Assembly (NCBI RefSeq): GCF_036588685.1
Contig: NC_086382.1
Location: forward strand, 56,482,001 to 56,546,000
Length of the DNA stretch: 64,000 nucleotides
Source of the DNA: Mytilus trossulus
Taxonomy: Eukaryota
Direction of reading: 5' to 3'
In this document: one piece after another, positions 12,643 through 26,439 of the stretch
How positions within the stretch are numbered: the first letter of the stretch is position 1
How the letters are laid out: each line of letters opens with the position of its first letter
Notes under the pieces: model-generated
Told to the model about the DNA's origin: nothing
The model's database searches: none
What the model saw: only the letters and a program-made list of their open reading frames with translations
Program-made: the position numbers and the translations under genes

Positions 12643-14499
12643 AACAGGTTTAACTCTGCACAATAGGTCGAACAGAATGGAGTGGTAGAAGTTTTGGCAG
12701 ATAAGTAAAGTCAATACAGTTCCCAGATGGAGGCTTTAAGGAATGTTCTTGATCTATTGTTTATTTGAAAATTTTTTTTTTTTATGTAATGCAGATAAGT
12801 TGCCGCAGTCATTCTCTATATTTTGAAAATGTATCACAAATATCATTGCAAAAAGTATACTGATTGATTTATTTTTGACAATCTTCGAAAATCTTGTATT
12901 TTGATAACATATTGAATTCTGAAGTTGTTTTCTCATTTATCAATTAGTTTGGTCTTTTCTCTCACGAAATAAATCGCGATCAATAATTGGCGTTTCTTAT
13001 TTCTCAAAACTTATAAAGAAAAAATATGTCCAATTCTAAGATTTCAGAAATCCTGTTGTTTCTTGTTTTACCACTTTTTTTCTTCTACAAACTTTTAATG
13101 AAATCTAGAGCTTGCTGTTACTGATAAACGATTTTGTTTTTTGTTTATTTGTCTTACTTATTTAGCAAAACTAGGCTTTGTCAAAAACAAGAATCTTAAA
13201 TGTAAACTATTGTTGCCTTTTCTAACTTATTTTGTGTTTTCAGTGACAAATTTATACTGAATTAAAAGTTCTGAAGAGTTATTATTGATCTTTCTGTCAA
13301 TTATCATCCGAGAAAATAAGCTCACGGATCAACTGATTCCATGATTTTATTTAAGAATTTCTGTTTGAATTTTCCAATCAATTTTGATTCCCATCGAAAT
13401 TAACCTTTTGCGTACTAATTTTCTGTCGATACAAAGTCGTGCTGTGTTTCTTCACAGTGTCTTGAAGAAATTTACTTGGACAAGTGTAATGAAATGAACT
13501 GTTTGAAGATACATATTAATTTGTGAATTACAAATCTAGTAATGAAGTTTCACGCCTCATCATGTGTAATTTACCTCTAAGTGAGTCCTTCGTGTGACGA
13601 TAAACTTAATTATTACTGTAATCATCTTTGTCGACGCCCCACTTACTAATATGGCCGCCGGAAACATAGAATCAACGTCAGTAGGGCTCTTTAATACAAA
13701 TTGAGTTTACAAACATTGATTAGCCACAATGATCTGAAAAAGAAGTATCAAGACAAAAATAACATCCACTTAATTTGTTTTGTTAGTGTTTTTAACAGAA
13801 ATATAAAAGAAAAAATATACGATTCCGCTCTTAACTGCTTAAAAAATTGAGTTCAAAAGTCATTAATTGCTTCCAAAATTATAATTATCTTGTCAAGAGC
13901 TGGTTTTTGCTATGTAATATCATCATGCCAGAAAATGTTGAAAGAAAGTTATTTTCTCATAGTTGTTAGAAAATGAGAATAAAACTAGATCATGTTTTCC
14001 ATCTAATGTAATAAAAACATAACAATGGTTACAGTAATCGTTTTGCACTGGTTTATAATGTTGGATAAAAACTCAATATAGTAGCAAATCATTGGATAAA
14101 AAAGGGTCACAAGCAATAAAAAAAACTTGAATAAATGTACAAGATACCTTAGAAATGTGTGACGTGTCACAATCATAAGTAAAACAATAACAAGACAGTG
14201 CAACTGCAAATGACGACAACAGTTGACATCAGACACTAAACGATTAATTACAACTTAAAAGCGGGGTGAATTCATGGGCTTCGGAAGGGTAAAATGTTTT
14301 ACTATCATGTTAGTCCCGTAAGAGTCTTTTAATAACTCACGTCAGACATTGATACATCATTTATTAACGGAATGATCTTAACCTTAGGTATATTTAGAGA
14401 AGAAATCATGGTAAGGTAGATATTTGTTATAGATAATGAAATATGTGGTATGAGTACCAATGCGATAATTCTCCGTCAAAGTCGCAATTTGTAAAAGTA

Positions 14500-14745
14500 G
14501 AAAAACTCATCATATATACCAGGATTACATTTTGTATTGACGCCAAAAGCGCATTTCTTCTAAAAAAGACTCACCAGTGACGCTCAAATCCCAAAAAGTT
14601 AAAGAGGCCAAATAAAGTACTAAGTTTTGCCAAACACAGCTAAGGTAATCTATTTCTGAGGTAGCTATAAGAAAAGCCTTAGTATTTCAAAAATTCAAAA
14701 GTTTTGAAAACAGTAAACTTATAAATATGACTGTATCAATGATAA
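14500..14745 (-). mobile_element. Partial retrozyme-like copy with a decayed hammerhead
   Basis: Minus strand 14540-14585 reads gagcgtca-ctggtga-gtc-ttttttagaa-gaaa-tgcgc-ttt-tggcgt; flanks match the 20438 copy (cctggtat..atgatgagttt; gattaccttagctg). Confidence 0.8.
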
Positions 14746-15141
14746 ACCAGTATAGGTTATAGTACGGTCTTCAACACGGAACTTCGGTTCACAACGGTAA
14801 CTTTTCAATTCGGAAATTGTGAAGCATTATGAAATTCAATCATTGAAAAAATGTCCTTATAAATATTTAGTTTAACACTTATTTAAAACAAAAATGTTTA
14901 CAACTTCAAGGGGTCAAATGATGGCTTTTATAAATCATTAGAACTTATAAATAATCTTAACTCTTTGCCATCACGAAAAACTGTAAAAGATTGCAAAACA
15001 CATTTTGTCAAAAGACGCAATATACTATAACAATGAAACACTGAACATACATAAAAACCTCACACAAAATAACAACAAAAACTGCAACACTGTAAACTTC
15101 AAACAAAAAAGAGATCATATACATTAGAAACATGGATACAC

Positions 15142-15405
15142 AAAGGCAGCAGTAGTATTCCAGTGTTCAAAAGTCATAAAACAAATCCGGTTTACAATCT
15201 AAAACAGAGGAAGGCAAATCAATTTTAAAAGGAATACAAGGGGACAAAATGACCAATGAAGTACAACAAAAACAAACGTCAACATACAAAGAAACGAATT
15301 ATTTGATAACAACTGCCAAATTCCTGACTTGGTACAAGACATTGAAAAAATTGTTTTTTTGAACCTGGTTTTATAGCTTGTTAAACCTTCCGCTGTATGA
15401 CAATG
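15142..15405 (-). repeat. Family-A variant with a different terminal segment
   Basis: Contains cctgacttggtacaag and aacctggttttatagc of family A; its other end (aaggcagcagtagtattccagtgttc) recurs at ~17842 and, inverted, at ~51961. Confidence 0.65.
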
Positions 15406-17079
15406 TTAAAAAATAATGCTAAAATTAACAAGATGTTAAATTCCTGTACAAGCCATGTTATTTATTATGACTTATAAAAATTTCGCGATATGATAATTTC
15501 GATACCGTTATAGATAACAAAGATGGCTATGACAAAAGGTACGTTTCGGTAGTCATGTTTTTGATGAAATAAAATTACATAATGGTTGATCAAACTATGC
15601 ATCAATCGTTTCTATATACGTATAGACATCCGTGGATTTCCAACGGTTTGGTTTTAGCGTTCCTAATAGAAGGTAAATGCATACATACACTTCGGACACC
15701 TGGGCTTAATAAAGTTTCAATAATGATAATGTCCGTGAACCTTTTAAAAGTATTCTCCATCAGCATTTATACCTCAATAAAAAAACTTCATAAAAAATGC
15801 AAGCCTGGAATATCGTATCTACTTGGAGATAATTATCGTATATGTAAATGATGATATATGGAAATTGAAAGTTGTTAAAAATGAGGAGCTGGCGTCTTTC
15901 AGTCAAGGACATCGTCTAATAAGCGGAAGACGAAAGTGTAGGAGAATTCTCGCTTGTGTTCATTCTTCTTGAACAGCTTTTATATGGAATCTGATTAACA
16001 CGAATAAAGGAACAAATAGACATATTTCGGTTGAATTAATCGGGAATGGCCTTCAACAATAAGCATTTTACCTAAACCCATGTGGCAATTAATGTGTAAT
16101 ATATCATTTCTCTCCTAATATATAGATTTGTAGAAATGGTTCTCTTAAGATTTATGGTACAAAAGTTTCAATCAATAACTCTATCCTTGTTTTTTGAATG
16201 AATACTGGTGAAATTAACCATGTAGACTAGATGAAATTACCAAATGCCCATGGGTGAAGTTGAATGTTATAATGCATTTTTTCATTTATTTCCATAGATG
16301 TTTAAATAGAACTTTACACAGGCAAACAATCATCTTTCTAAAAACCTTGTCGAAAGGATAGTATTTTGCCACCTTGTTATAAAAATGTCACTTTTAAGAT
16401 AAGTTTTGTTGAAAGAAATGAACATTTTTATAATATTTATATTTGTAGGTTTGCATGCTATTATTTTAAGCAGATCACCATCAAATTCATACAGTTACAG
16501 TTTGTTTAATCAAACTAATTATAATGCGTACATCTATGAAATTTGTAAATGTGTTCTTAAATGAATTATAACATAAACCTGTATGTTTAGTAGTTTTTGA
16601 GGTAACTGCCATTTTTCGTCTTTGGTTAAGGAACAAATGGGTGCAGTTTATCTTTCATTTAACATTTACAGCTTTGTATAATTTGTCTCGAACAAGTCCA
16701 TGACCTTTAGAAAACTATGGAAATTTCCAATCACCTTCCTTTACTAACATCAATAGAAATATTGACAAAACGAAAGTATCAATTGTCACATTACTTCCTT
16801 CTACTTGTTTATTCCTGTTTATTAATTGTTTTTCAGTTGTCATAACTAATTTTTAAAACATCAAATTTAAAAAATAAAAGACAAAGTGGCGTCATTCGTA
16901 TGACACTTTACCGTAGTGCATGTACACATGCATCATACTACGCACTTAGTTTTGTAACGAAAGTTTGTGTTCAGGTACTGTATCATTTACATTGTTTTGA
17001 TAAATTCGAAATAAGAAGTATATTGAATTAAACATTGCCCCGGTCATCAGTGAGAACTAAAATCCACATATGTTTCTAC

Positions 17080-17220
17080 TTAGGAATGGTTGTATTTGAC
17101 AAGACCCTTCTTGAATGTTTTATCCTCATTGCAAGTTAACTTTTAACTTGCTTTGGCCTTTTAATGGTTTTGCTTTGATTATCAATGAGTCTTTTGTGGT
17201 CGTAATGCGTTTCTAGCTTA
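17080..17220 (+). mobile_element. Decayed retrozyme-like fragment
   Basis: gtatttgacaagac..ttgaatgttttatcctcattgc..ttggccttttaa..atgagtcttttgtggtcgtaatgcgt is collinear with 34250-34380; hammerhead core destroyed. Confidence 0.5.
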
Positions 17221-18225
17221 CATTATTACAAAACAGTATATATTTGAAATTCTAAGATTCTTATTCTAAAAGTTGGAATTTATACTCGTGTTTGAATTAT
17301 GATTTTTGTGAGTTGTAGTAGGTGAATTATTTTAAAGATACTGTATTGACGTCGATAAATACTAGTTGTCCATCCATCATAACAATTTCAGTTTTCTCTA
17401 TATTTTTTCAAAATAATAATATTTTTTGTATATTATTGATCATGATATGATTAAGTTACAAGCGTTTTTCAAATATTTCATGTTTGAAGATTGTTTATTT
17501 CAAATGTTTAATATTTGTTCATTCAATGTTTACATAAAAGTCTTGCTTTCTTATATCTATTGCTAAACGAACAGATATTTTTACGAAACAAAACCTTAAA
17601 TAAGATAGGGTAACAATAATAACATTTTTCTATGTAGTTGACAATACCTGTATGCAGTTTATTTGTGTAGTCAACCTTATATAAAATGAACTGTCCAAGC
17701 TCGCCTTATTAGACTTTTTATCCGTTTTAAAGTCTTAAATCCAAAAACAATTCTGTATGGAAAATCTACTGTTCAGAACAAAATGATTCTTCAAACAAAA
17801 TCAACTTTATTCGATTTGCTTATAATAAGCTACATATAAATGCAACAGTAGCGAACCGCTGTTCAGAATTTATAAATCAATTGAGAGAAAACAAATTCGG
17901 ATTACAAACTAGGAACATTTATACCCGTCCTGGGCATAGGAAATGACATTTTGTATTTTCTAGGTTTGTGCTGTTTATTTTTTGTGTTTGAGTTTGGCCG
18001 AAGTATTGTCTGTATAAATTCATCTACGATTTAATACATCCGCCAATTAGTCTTCGAACAAGGCTCAATACGAAATTTGTTTTTTGTTTTTTAATTACAT
18101 ATTCCAGTAAAATCACAAAAAATACCGAACTCAGAGGGAAATAAAGCTCTATAATAGTGTTATCTGAAAAGAAGAAAAATAAGACGACAAGAGTTTCTGA
18201 TGTTCAAATTTTGTGCATCGACTAT

Positions 18226-18329
18226 GAAGAGACAAGTTCTGGTAACAATACAAAAACCCTGAGAGAATCGCATGGCTAGGAAGAGACAAGTTCAGGTAAC
18301 AATACAAAAACCCTGAGAGAATCGCATGG
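18226..18329. repeat. Tandem duplication, 54-bp period
   Basis: gaagagacaagttc(t/a)ggtaacaatacaaaaaccctgagagaatcgcatgg at 18226 and 18280, one mismatch. Confidence 0.9.
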
Positions 18330-18419
18330 ACTCAAAAAGGAACGAGCTACTTGCATCAAAAGATGGGAAATATCGCAAAAAAACTAACATAGTATAGAAG
18401 CTTTATATACTTTCAAAAG

Positions 18420-18670
18420 TATGACAATGAAACGGATAGACAAACATTTGGAAGACGTCCTTCGACTTCTGTGTGACAATAAAACTGGGAGCAAATCCGT
18501 TGGGATGACAGCTGTTGTCACTTTCTGACAATGAAGCTGGTATTAAAAAGAAGAGATGATTTGTTTTGGCAACCGTATGATAATGAAACCGACAACAAAA
18601 AGATTGGATGTTTTTTTGGCAACTGTATGACAATGAAACTGGGAGTAAAATCATGAGACGATTGGTCGTA
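18420..18670. repeat. Degenerate ~52-bp minisatellite
   Basis: Anchor tgacaatgaaac-like at 18422, 18474, 18526, 18578 and 18628. Confidence 0.7.
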
Positions 18671-19904
18671 TCATAGTTCATGTGATGTTATTTAGCTGAT
18701 TTTCCGTGTTGATGTGAGGAGAACAGAAATAGTATTGTCAATATATATGGACCTAAAACTTCATAACTTTGAATTTTTATATTTTATAGTTGGAAATAAA
18801 ATTCTCCAAATGTTTGTCACTGAACACTTTCTTCCAACTTTTTTTTCAGATCGATTCGAACTTTTTCTTTTTTTTCTTATTTCCTACATCGCACACCAGT
18901 TCTATGAACCTGTTATAGAAACAAAACTAAACCTCCTTAATAAATCGATTTTTCATATTGCAGTAAACGGCTAGCATGATCTACTAGGATGTCAAATTAA
19001 ACAGTTTATCCAGCTTCATAAAGCATAGAAGAAACGAGGGAAATTTAATTATGATTGTCAGGTTTACTACAGAATTCCTCGGAAATTGTTTGTGAGTTGA
19101 TTGTCCGTCATTTTAATTGCGATATCCTAAATTATAATTCACTTAGTGAATTGATTCGGAAGATGTCCAGAAGAAAATGGACACGTACAAAGATTAATGA
19201 TTATTTATACCTTTCAATATTTGTATATTGTTATAACTGAGAGTTTCAACTATAAAATATTATACATATATAGGTTAACGTACGCTCATCTTTTTTTCCA
19301 GACCAAAAAACAATACATGAAGAATTTATTCACGGGCTGAATAATTGTTTTTTCAAACCTTGATCATATAATTGAGATGGGTAGGAGGAGTCTTAAAATG
19401 TCTTTCTTCACACTTAGTTTGCAATTTTCTAAAAAACAATATTTTGTTTATACGTTCTTAGAGTATATTTGACATTCTTTCCACGATTATGGCCTTGAAT
19501 AAAACAACAAAGAGGTTAAACAAAAATAAATCTACTTATAACTTGCACGCGCCCCAAGCCTTTTGCTGGATTTCAGTTCATTATGAACGATAGAAGCCGA
19601 ATATTTGAACCAAAGCAGTTGAAGAGCTTTATCTTAAAAAAAGGGCTTTAAATTCAAACCCATGTATACACTAACACCTTGACATATACTAGTCAATACT
19701 AACGGCAATATATACCAAATGAGAACTCTGTCAGAAAATTATTCACATTATTTGTACAAGCTTAGAAACAGGAAGATAAGCGAGTCTCGTCGAGCTTTCC
19801 AAGTGTTTTTGTTACGAGTACAATTTCTTTTAACAGAATGACATAATTTTTTATGTTATACGGGCGAATTACGTTCAGCAATTGATGGTTGCTGTAATAG
19901 GTGT

Positions 19905-20700
19905 ATACCCGAGGGAGTAGCGTCCACCACTGTGTCGATGGCTGACAGTAATTGTCAGTGAGATTAACGCCAACCACTAGATTGATAGAGACGATTAATG
20001 ACTGAGGGAGTAATTTCCACCTCTGGATCAATGTCATTTTTAATTGAATGTTAATGTCACAGGATGTAGTAGTGTCCACCAATGGATCAAAATCATTGGT
20101 AATTGACGGTTAATGTCACAGGAAGTAATGTCCACCAATGTATCAAATTTATTAATAAAACATTGCTGGTTTCAATGACAGTAATGTCAGCCACCTAATC
20201 GATGTCATCAATGAATGGCGGCTGATGTCCGGGGGTGTAGCGTCTACCAATATATTGATGCCATTGATGTCTAACAGTTAATGGAGTTACGAAATCCACT
20301 CATCCAACGATTCCATTGATTGCGGATTGTTATATCCTAGGAAGTTATGTCATAAACGATGTCGTGATGCCTAGCAAATAATGCCCCATGAAGTTTCATC
20401 CATCACTAGATCTATGTTATTAATAACAAACGGAAAGGATTACCTTAGCTGTATTGGCGAAAATTTGAGGAATTTTGGTCCTCAATGCTCTGCAACTTCG
20501 TACTTTATTTGTCCTTTTTAACATTATTTTTTTCGAGCGTCACTGATGAGACTTTTGTAGACTAAACGCGCGTCTGTCGTCAATATGAAATTTCAATCCT
20601 GGTATCTATGATGAGTTTATTGATTGTCGATTGGGTTACGTCTTTAACTAGATTGATGCCATTGATGTCTGACCGGTACTACCCGAGGAAAAGATCCAAT
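19905..20700. repeat. Degenerate ~55-bp minisatellite interrupted by a retrozyme fragment
   Basis: Recurring gtccaccaatggatcaa..cattg..ttaatgtcacagga; attgatgccattgatgtct occurs both before (~20254) and after (~20652) the 20438-20621 insert. Confidence 0.65.
20438..20621 (+). mobile_element. 5'-truncated retrozyme-like copy with a mutated hammerhead
   Basis: 20537-20580: gcgtca-ctgatga-gac-ttttgta-gac-taaa-cgcgc-gtc-tgtcgt (GAAA changed to TAAA, stem II mismatch); upstream part matches 34238-34330. Confidence 0.85.
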
Positions 20701-21854
20701 GGTGTGAAATGACAAATTCACGATTAGTATTGCGAAATAATGTAAGGTCACTGTGATTTTGGACATAGAGTATTATAACAAAAAAACAGCGACATGTAAA
20801 ATGTAGTATGGTTAATCAGTCAAACAATGGAAGTAGGATAAACTATTGAATAATTTTGCAATGGTTACTTAACCTTTTCCCGCTCTTAAAATCTGATTAA
20901 TTTGACACATTAGATTTAGATGAAATATCTGCAATTTCCAGCCAATATATGCAGGAAATTTTGCACAGGAAAGCTTAAAGCATACGATCATAATATTTGT
21001 TGAGTATTATCCTTTAGAAATAAGTCCACACAGTTGGTCTACAGAACATATGTCTACAGCATTGAAAGACCATTAGTGAATTAAAGATTTAGGTAACATA
21101 TCCGATTATTGCAGGTAAAAGTACAAAAATTATGTTAAGATTTCAAAAAATACTGATATACAGTCTTTAAAAGGATATTAGTCTTTTAACTAGTTGATTT
21201 GCCATGTTTATAACTTTTAAATTGCATGTGTTGTCTATAATCTCGCTAAATATAGCGGAATAAAACAAAATAGACCAAACGATTTCCTGTTCAGAATATC
21301 ATAAATAAAATAATTACATTCTCATTTATAGGTTCATGATGTTTCGCATGCAGGCCGTAAAAGTGTTATTTTCCGCCACTTCTTAAAATCATATTTTAAA
21401 TAATGCATACATTACAGCCAATCCAGTTCTTGGATGTCTTGAGTCAAAACATGGATTACAACTATTATGTTAAATATTTGACTTTCAACATTGGGATTAA
21501 TGATTATATACTGGTTTATTTATTCCATATTTTTAATTTTAGTTTACTACTGTACTTGTCAATTATTCTGAACTATGTACATCCACGTGAATTTTTAAAA
21601 AAACTAGCTCATGATGCCTTGGATCGGTTGTACATTACATGAAATAAAAAATGAAAAAAATGAAAAAAAAACATATTAGGGTTCTGAAATAAAAATGAAA
21701 ACAAATAATGGATAAAAATGAAAATTTTAACAAATTGGCCTAAACAATTAATTATACAGGAGTGAAAAATTATTCCGACACTCATTCATATGCTTTATTT
21801 TTAGAACAACATGATCTATATGTGCTTTTCACAAGTTTAAACAGTGGTTTTATA

Positions 21855-21995
21855 AGCAGTAACTGTACCAAGACAGGAATACAACAGTTGTTATCCATTC
21901 GTTTGGTGTGTTTGAGCTTTTGGCATTGCCATTTGATCAGGGAATTTCCTTTTTGAATTTTCCTTTGAGTTCAGTTTATTTGTGAGTTTACTTTG
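21855..21995 (+). repeat. Dispersed repeat family A (partial)
   Basis: ctgtaccaagacaggaatacaacagttgttatccattcgtttg...ttcctttgagttcagt. Confidence 0.8.
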
Positions 21996-23431
21996 TTCTG
22001 TGCAAATATGACGAACTTGATTAGTAGAGCAAACATATAAAAGATTGAAACATTACGAAATTAGGTCAAATTAGGTTAAACTTTTATCACGATGGAATGA
22101 CAAGATGACACATTAAGTGCAGTCTGTGGCTTGGTCATTATTACACCTCAATATCTTTGTTTGAGGCAGAAGTGACAGCGAAGTAATATCAAAACGTATA
22201 CTAGAAAACAAAACAAAGAACTCTATAGCAATTGTCATTACATGTAAAGACAACTTCCTACGACTTATGACATGACAAACACGTTTTATAATTTATGTGG
22301 CAATTAATTAAAAAATCTGTGTGAAATTTGACAATTTTATTTTTGATAAATAAAACTTTGCATTTATTACATTCTTTAAGTATGAAAACACATTTAGTCT
22401 GAGAATTTAAACAAACCAATCTGTTTCCAGTCAACTTTGTTTTTAGAAAAGGAAGGAACTATGTAAAAAATCATCAATGGTAGCAAGCTTTTCACCTACA
22501 AAAGTATCATGCAACTTACCAAAACGTACTAATATACAAAGAAAATGGTGTAAATTATGGTACATAAAGATCTTTTTTAGATAAATGGTAAAATAAAAAT
22601 TATCATGCAATAATATGGGTTTGTAATTAAACTAAGCCATATATGCCAGTAAAGAAAGCCTTAGAATTGGAAAGGATTTATACCAAATATAAATTACATG
22701 GGCGTCATAAACTTGATTTAAATGGATTTTTCACTTCTTTTTATCGGTACATCATTGAGAAAATAAACTGATAGATATAGTTCTTGACAAAAGAACTATG
22801 GGTAATTATTACATATATGATATCAGATACTCTTGATTGCGTCCCTTTTTCTCCAATTACAAGTAAAGTGTTAAATGGTCTTGTAAAGCGCGGGTAATAT
22901 TACATGATCTTATCGCGGCTTCATATTGTCATCATCACATCGTACAAGTTGTTTATAACCTTTGTTGGATTCGGGTTTCATATCTTTATGGAATGATTTT
23001 TTTCGACTTTAGATCTTATCACAATTTTACAATATGGAACTCTCATATGTCATGTCTAGAAAATTTGATTATTTACCTGTTAACATATGTCCTAATAAGA
23101 ATTATTAATAAGGCTTTCATTACTTTTCAACAAGACAGCACACAATATCAGACAAAACATTATAAATGAATACAATAAAATTGTTGAAATGAAAATAAAA
23201 GTATAATGTAATAAAAATTATATTACATACTTAATTTTGCACTATGTTCCCTGAGTCACTCTCCGCCTTCATACTATCTAAGTCTGTCTAACCTTCAAAG
23301 AATATATAACATTTATATGAGTTGAATAAGTTTGATGCGCTCATGAAAATTCTTTTGTTTCAACAGTAAAAATCCCTGTTTTCTTTGTGAAAATTAATTT
23401 TATTCTTTAAACCGGTCTCGCTGTTAAACAA

Positions 23432-23681
23432 CTGTTACCTATATCCTTTGTTTCGTTGTCTTTCTGTTAAGTTGTGTGTCTTACAAAGAATTTCAGGTTG
23501 TTACATCATATTTTTCTTCGAATTTATACAAACAATTTTTGAAGACTATGTGTGTCTGTAACCTATATCCTTTGTTTCGTTGTCTTTCTGTTAAGTTATG
23601 AGTCTTACAAAGAACTTCAGGCTATAACATCATATTTGTCTTGAATTTATACAAACAATATCTGAAGACTATGTGTGTTTG
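23432..23681. repeat. Tandem duplication, ~124-bp period
   Basis: acctatatcctttgtttcgttgtctttctgttaagtt at 23437 and 23561; both units end gaagactatgtgtgt. Confidence 0.9.
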
Positions 23682-24270
23682 CTTAACAAATAATATTACC
23701 ATTCTTTACAAGTTTGTTAATATATCGTTTTATATTTTTTGCATATCATTTCAGTTTATTAATAGGAGAGATTTCATTATGCCCATTCCAAGTGATTGCA
23801 TTCTGAAAGGTATCTTATTTTTTTTCCTTTAAATTAAAAGCTAAAATTTTCAAATCAATTAAGTTCTTCTAAACTCAGGCATAGATACCATAGGTCAGAT
23901 TTGGAACAACTATTTTGAATATTTGGCATTGTATACACTTGTTCTGAGTCGAGTGCCACTAATGAAAGAAAAACTCGACTGAATGGCATAGAATACGCAA
24001 GGTATCTTCAATGAGTTTGACCCCTGAAAATTTATTGAATCAGTTTTTTTTAAGAAATGAATTACACAGTACGTATAGAATATTGCAGTGGTGATTTCTA
24101 TGTTTGATCCCAATAGCAGCTTCAATATATGAGTATCCATTCTGCAATTAACTATAGATTTATTTACAGCAAATACTTTTCTTGAAATTTAAGTGAAAAA
24201 TAAATTTGATATTAATTACTGTTTATGCCAAAGTACAGATTGTTTTTCGTGTTTGATATCATTGAAGTAA

Positions 24271-24570
24271 GGGAGCTACCATTTGATTTTTATGGGGGGG
24301 GGGGGGGGGGGGGGGGGGGGGCTAGGATGAAATTTGAAAACAATAGGCAGGACAGGAGTTTTGAGTAAAAAAAAGGGCAGGATGAGCAACTTGGTAAAAT
24401 AAAAAGGCAGGATGACATTTTGTGTAAAAAAAGTCAGGATAAACTAGTAAAAAAAAAGGCAGGACCGAATAGAGTAAAAACAAAGGCAGGACAGAGATTA
24501 CAACTAAAAAAAAAGCAGGACAAAATTTTTCATCCTAGCCCCCCCCCATAAAAATCAAATGGTAGCTCCC
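24271..24570. mobile_element. MITE with TAA TSD (PIF/Harbinger-like)
   Basis: TAA-gggagctaccatttgatttttatggg...cccataaaaatcaaatggtagctccc-TAA; the TIR continues past the G/C runs (gctaggatgaaa / tttcatcctagc); interior has seven ggcagga-like motifs. Confidence 0.88.
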
Positions 24571-26439
24571 TAAATATATAACTTTAGAGTCATTCATTAA
24601 TCACATTAGTCATAAATTCATCTTTTTATATTTGGCAGTGTGATAATGGAAAATATTTGTCAGTATGAATGTGCTAAAGTTTTCTTTAATATAAAACAGT
24701 CGTATTTTTGTGCTAACGAGACAATTGTGGCTTCTGTACGGTCAATTTCTCTGGGATCACAGGGGACACGTTTTTATTAGGACCGAGTCGACAATGTATT
24801 AGACAATCCAATCAAAAGCCGAACGCCTAATTTACAAACAATGACTGGGAAATTAGATTCTATTTGCAGGTCCCAACGCAAATCTATTCAAGGGGAATTC
24901 GTGACTTGCTTGCAAAATTTGTTTTCTCTAAAGACCGTTATGGTTGTTAAAGCAATAAAGACGAATTAGTCAGCTTTTGTAGTACGGCTTACAATGACAT
25001 TTGAAGGAACAAGTGATTTAAAAGAAACGTTTCTTGTCTTGATGTAGTTCGATGTTGTTAGCTACGGTACACATTTATCCGGGAATTTTGTTCAGAAACT
25101 TTTACTGATCTTCTCATAAATTGGCCTGAAAACCATGGTATAGACTACAACACATCAATTAGATTACAGGGAAATACTGACAAATCTCCTAAAACACCCT
25201 TATACTGTTTAAATGAGCTCTGTTCAATAATTTCATTGTAACATAAATTTCAATCAGACAGGCCTCCTAAAGAATCCTCAAATTCCTTGGATAGCCGTAA
25301 TTCATGTTGATAGCCAATAAAGGCAATTTTATTGCATTTTGTGCACGTGTTGGAAATAATTAAGATTTCGTTGTAATTATAAGTTTTAGATGCGGTTTGG
25401 TTCTGAAACGTATAATTTATCAATTTAGAAAACGAACAGTGTGCTTCTGTGCGGTAAATCCTCTGAATTTAACTAGCATGATCACACTAATTATCCCGAC
25501 TCGTTAATTTACCGTATTTGGATTCTGTCATAAGAAATGAAAAATCACTTTTATTAGTTAGTTATATTGACTCATCAGATACTGACATGATAGAATGGCT
25601 GCTTTAACTTTACGGTTTTAGCAAAAAGAATGGGGAAAAAAGATCGAATTAAATTATCTTATTTAATAGTACATATTTTATGATGGCATCGTTACACATA
25701 GTTTTATATTTCTTATGTGTACATTTTTCGTTTAATATTATGTTGCATAATGAAAGACTAAATATCAATCTGATTTCACAACGATGGTTAAACAACCAAC
25801 TTTGAAAAATGGCAATATATGACTTATCCAAGAAATAAGCGGTTCTCTCCCTTTTACCGAATGATACATGTACGGGAAATGTCAAAAATATATCTGTTGA
25901 TGTGAATAACACAAATATGAATGTTAAGTAAAACTGGTGTATCTATTTCATGTTATAATAAAGGCCTTAATTTTTGGATCAATGACATTTTATTATGTCA
26001 ACAAATGTTTAACGTTCGGCAAATTATATATAATTTGACGATAACAATGGAAATATACGTTTAATCTACTAATTCGTAGAACTATTGCCTCTTTGTGACT
26101 AAGTATTCTATCCTTGATGACGTATTAAGATAAAACATCTGTCTGATATTCCAGGGTGATAAACCTAATTACTTCCTATTTTATCAAACTACGATATAAT
26201 TAAGAGGCCATGATCGAGACGGGTTAGCTGAGGACAGGCAAAATGCTTGTTGATGTAGTAATGCAGGAATCAAAATACAGAAACAACAATACCAAACTGA
26301 CGATTTAAATAATTTGAGTAAAGTTTATATATATATTTGTATATATCAATCCAATACGATTATATATTTTCGGTTTGTACTACTTAGATACGTTTAGTAA
26401 TATGAAAAGTCTTGAAAGACATCATGTCTAAAATTCAGA

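Noticed and set aside
12684-12710. EQNGVVE resembling an integrase QNGxAE motif
   Set aside because: Seven residues between stop codons with no surrounding integrase similarity.
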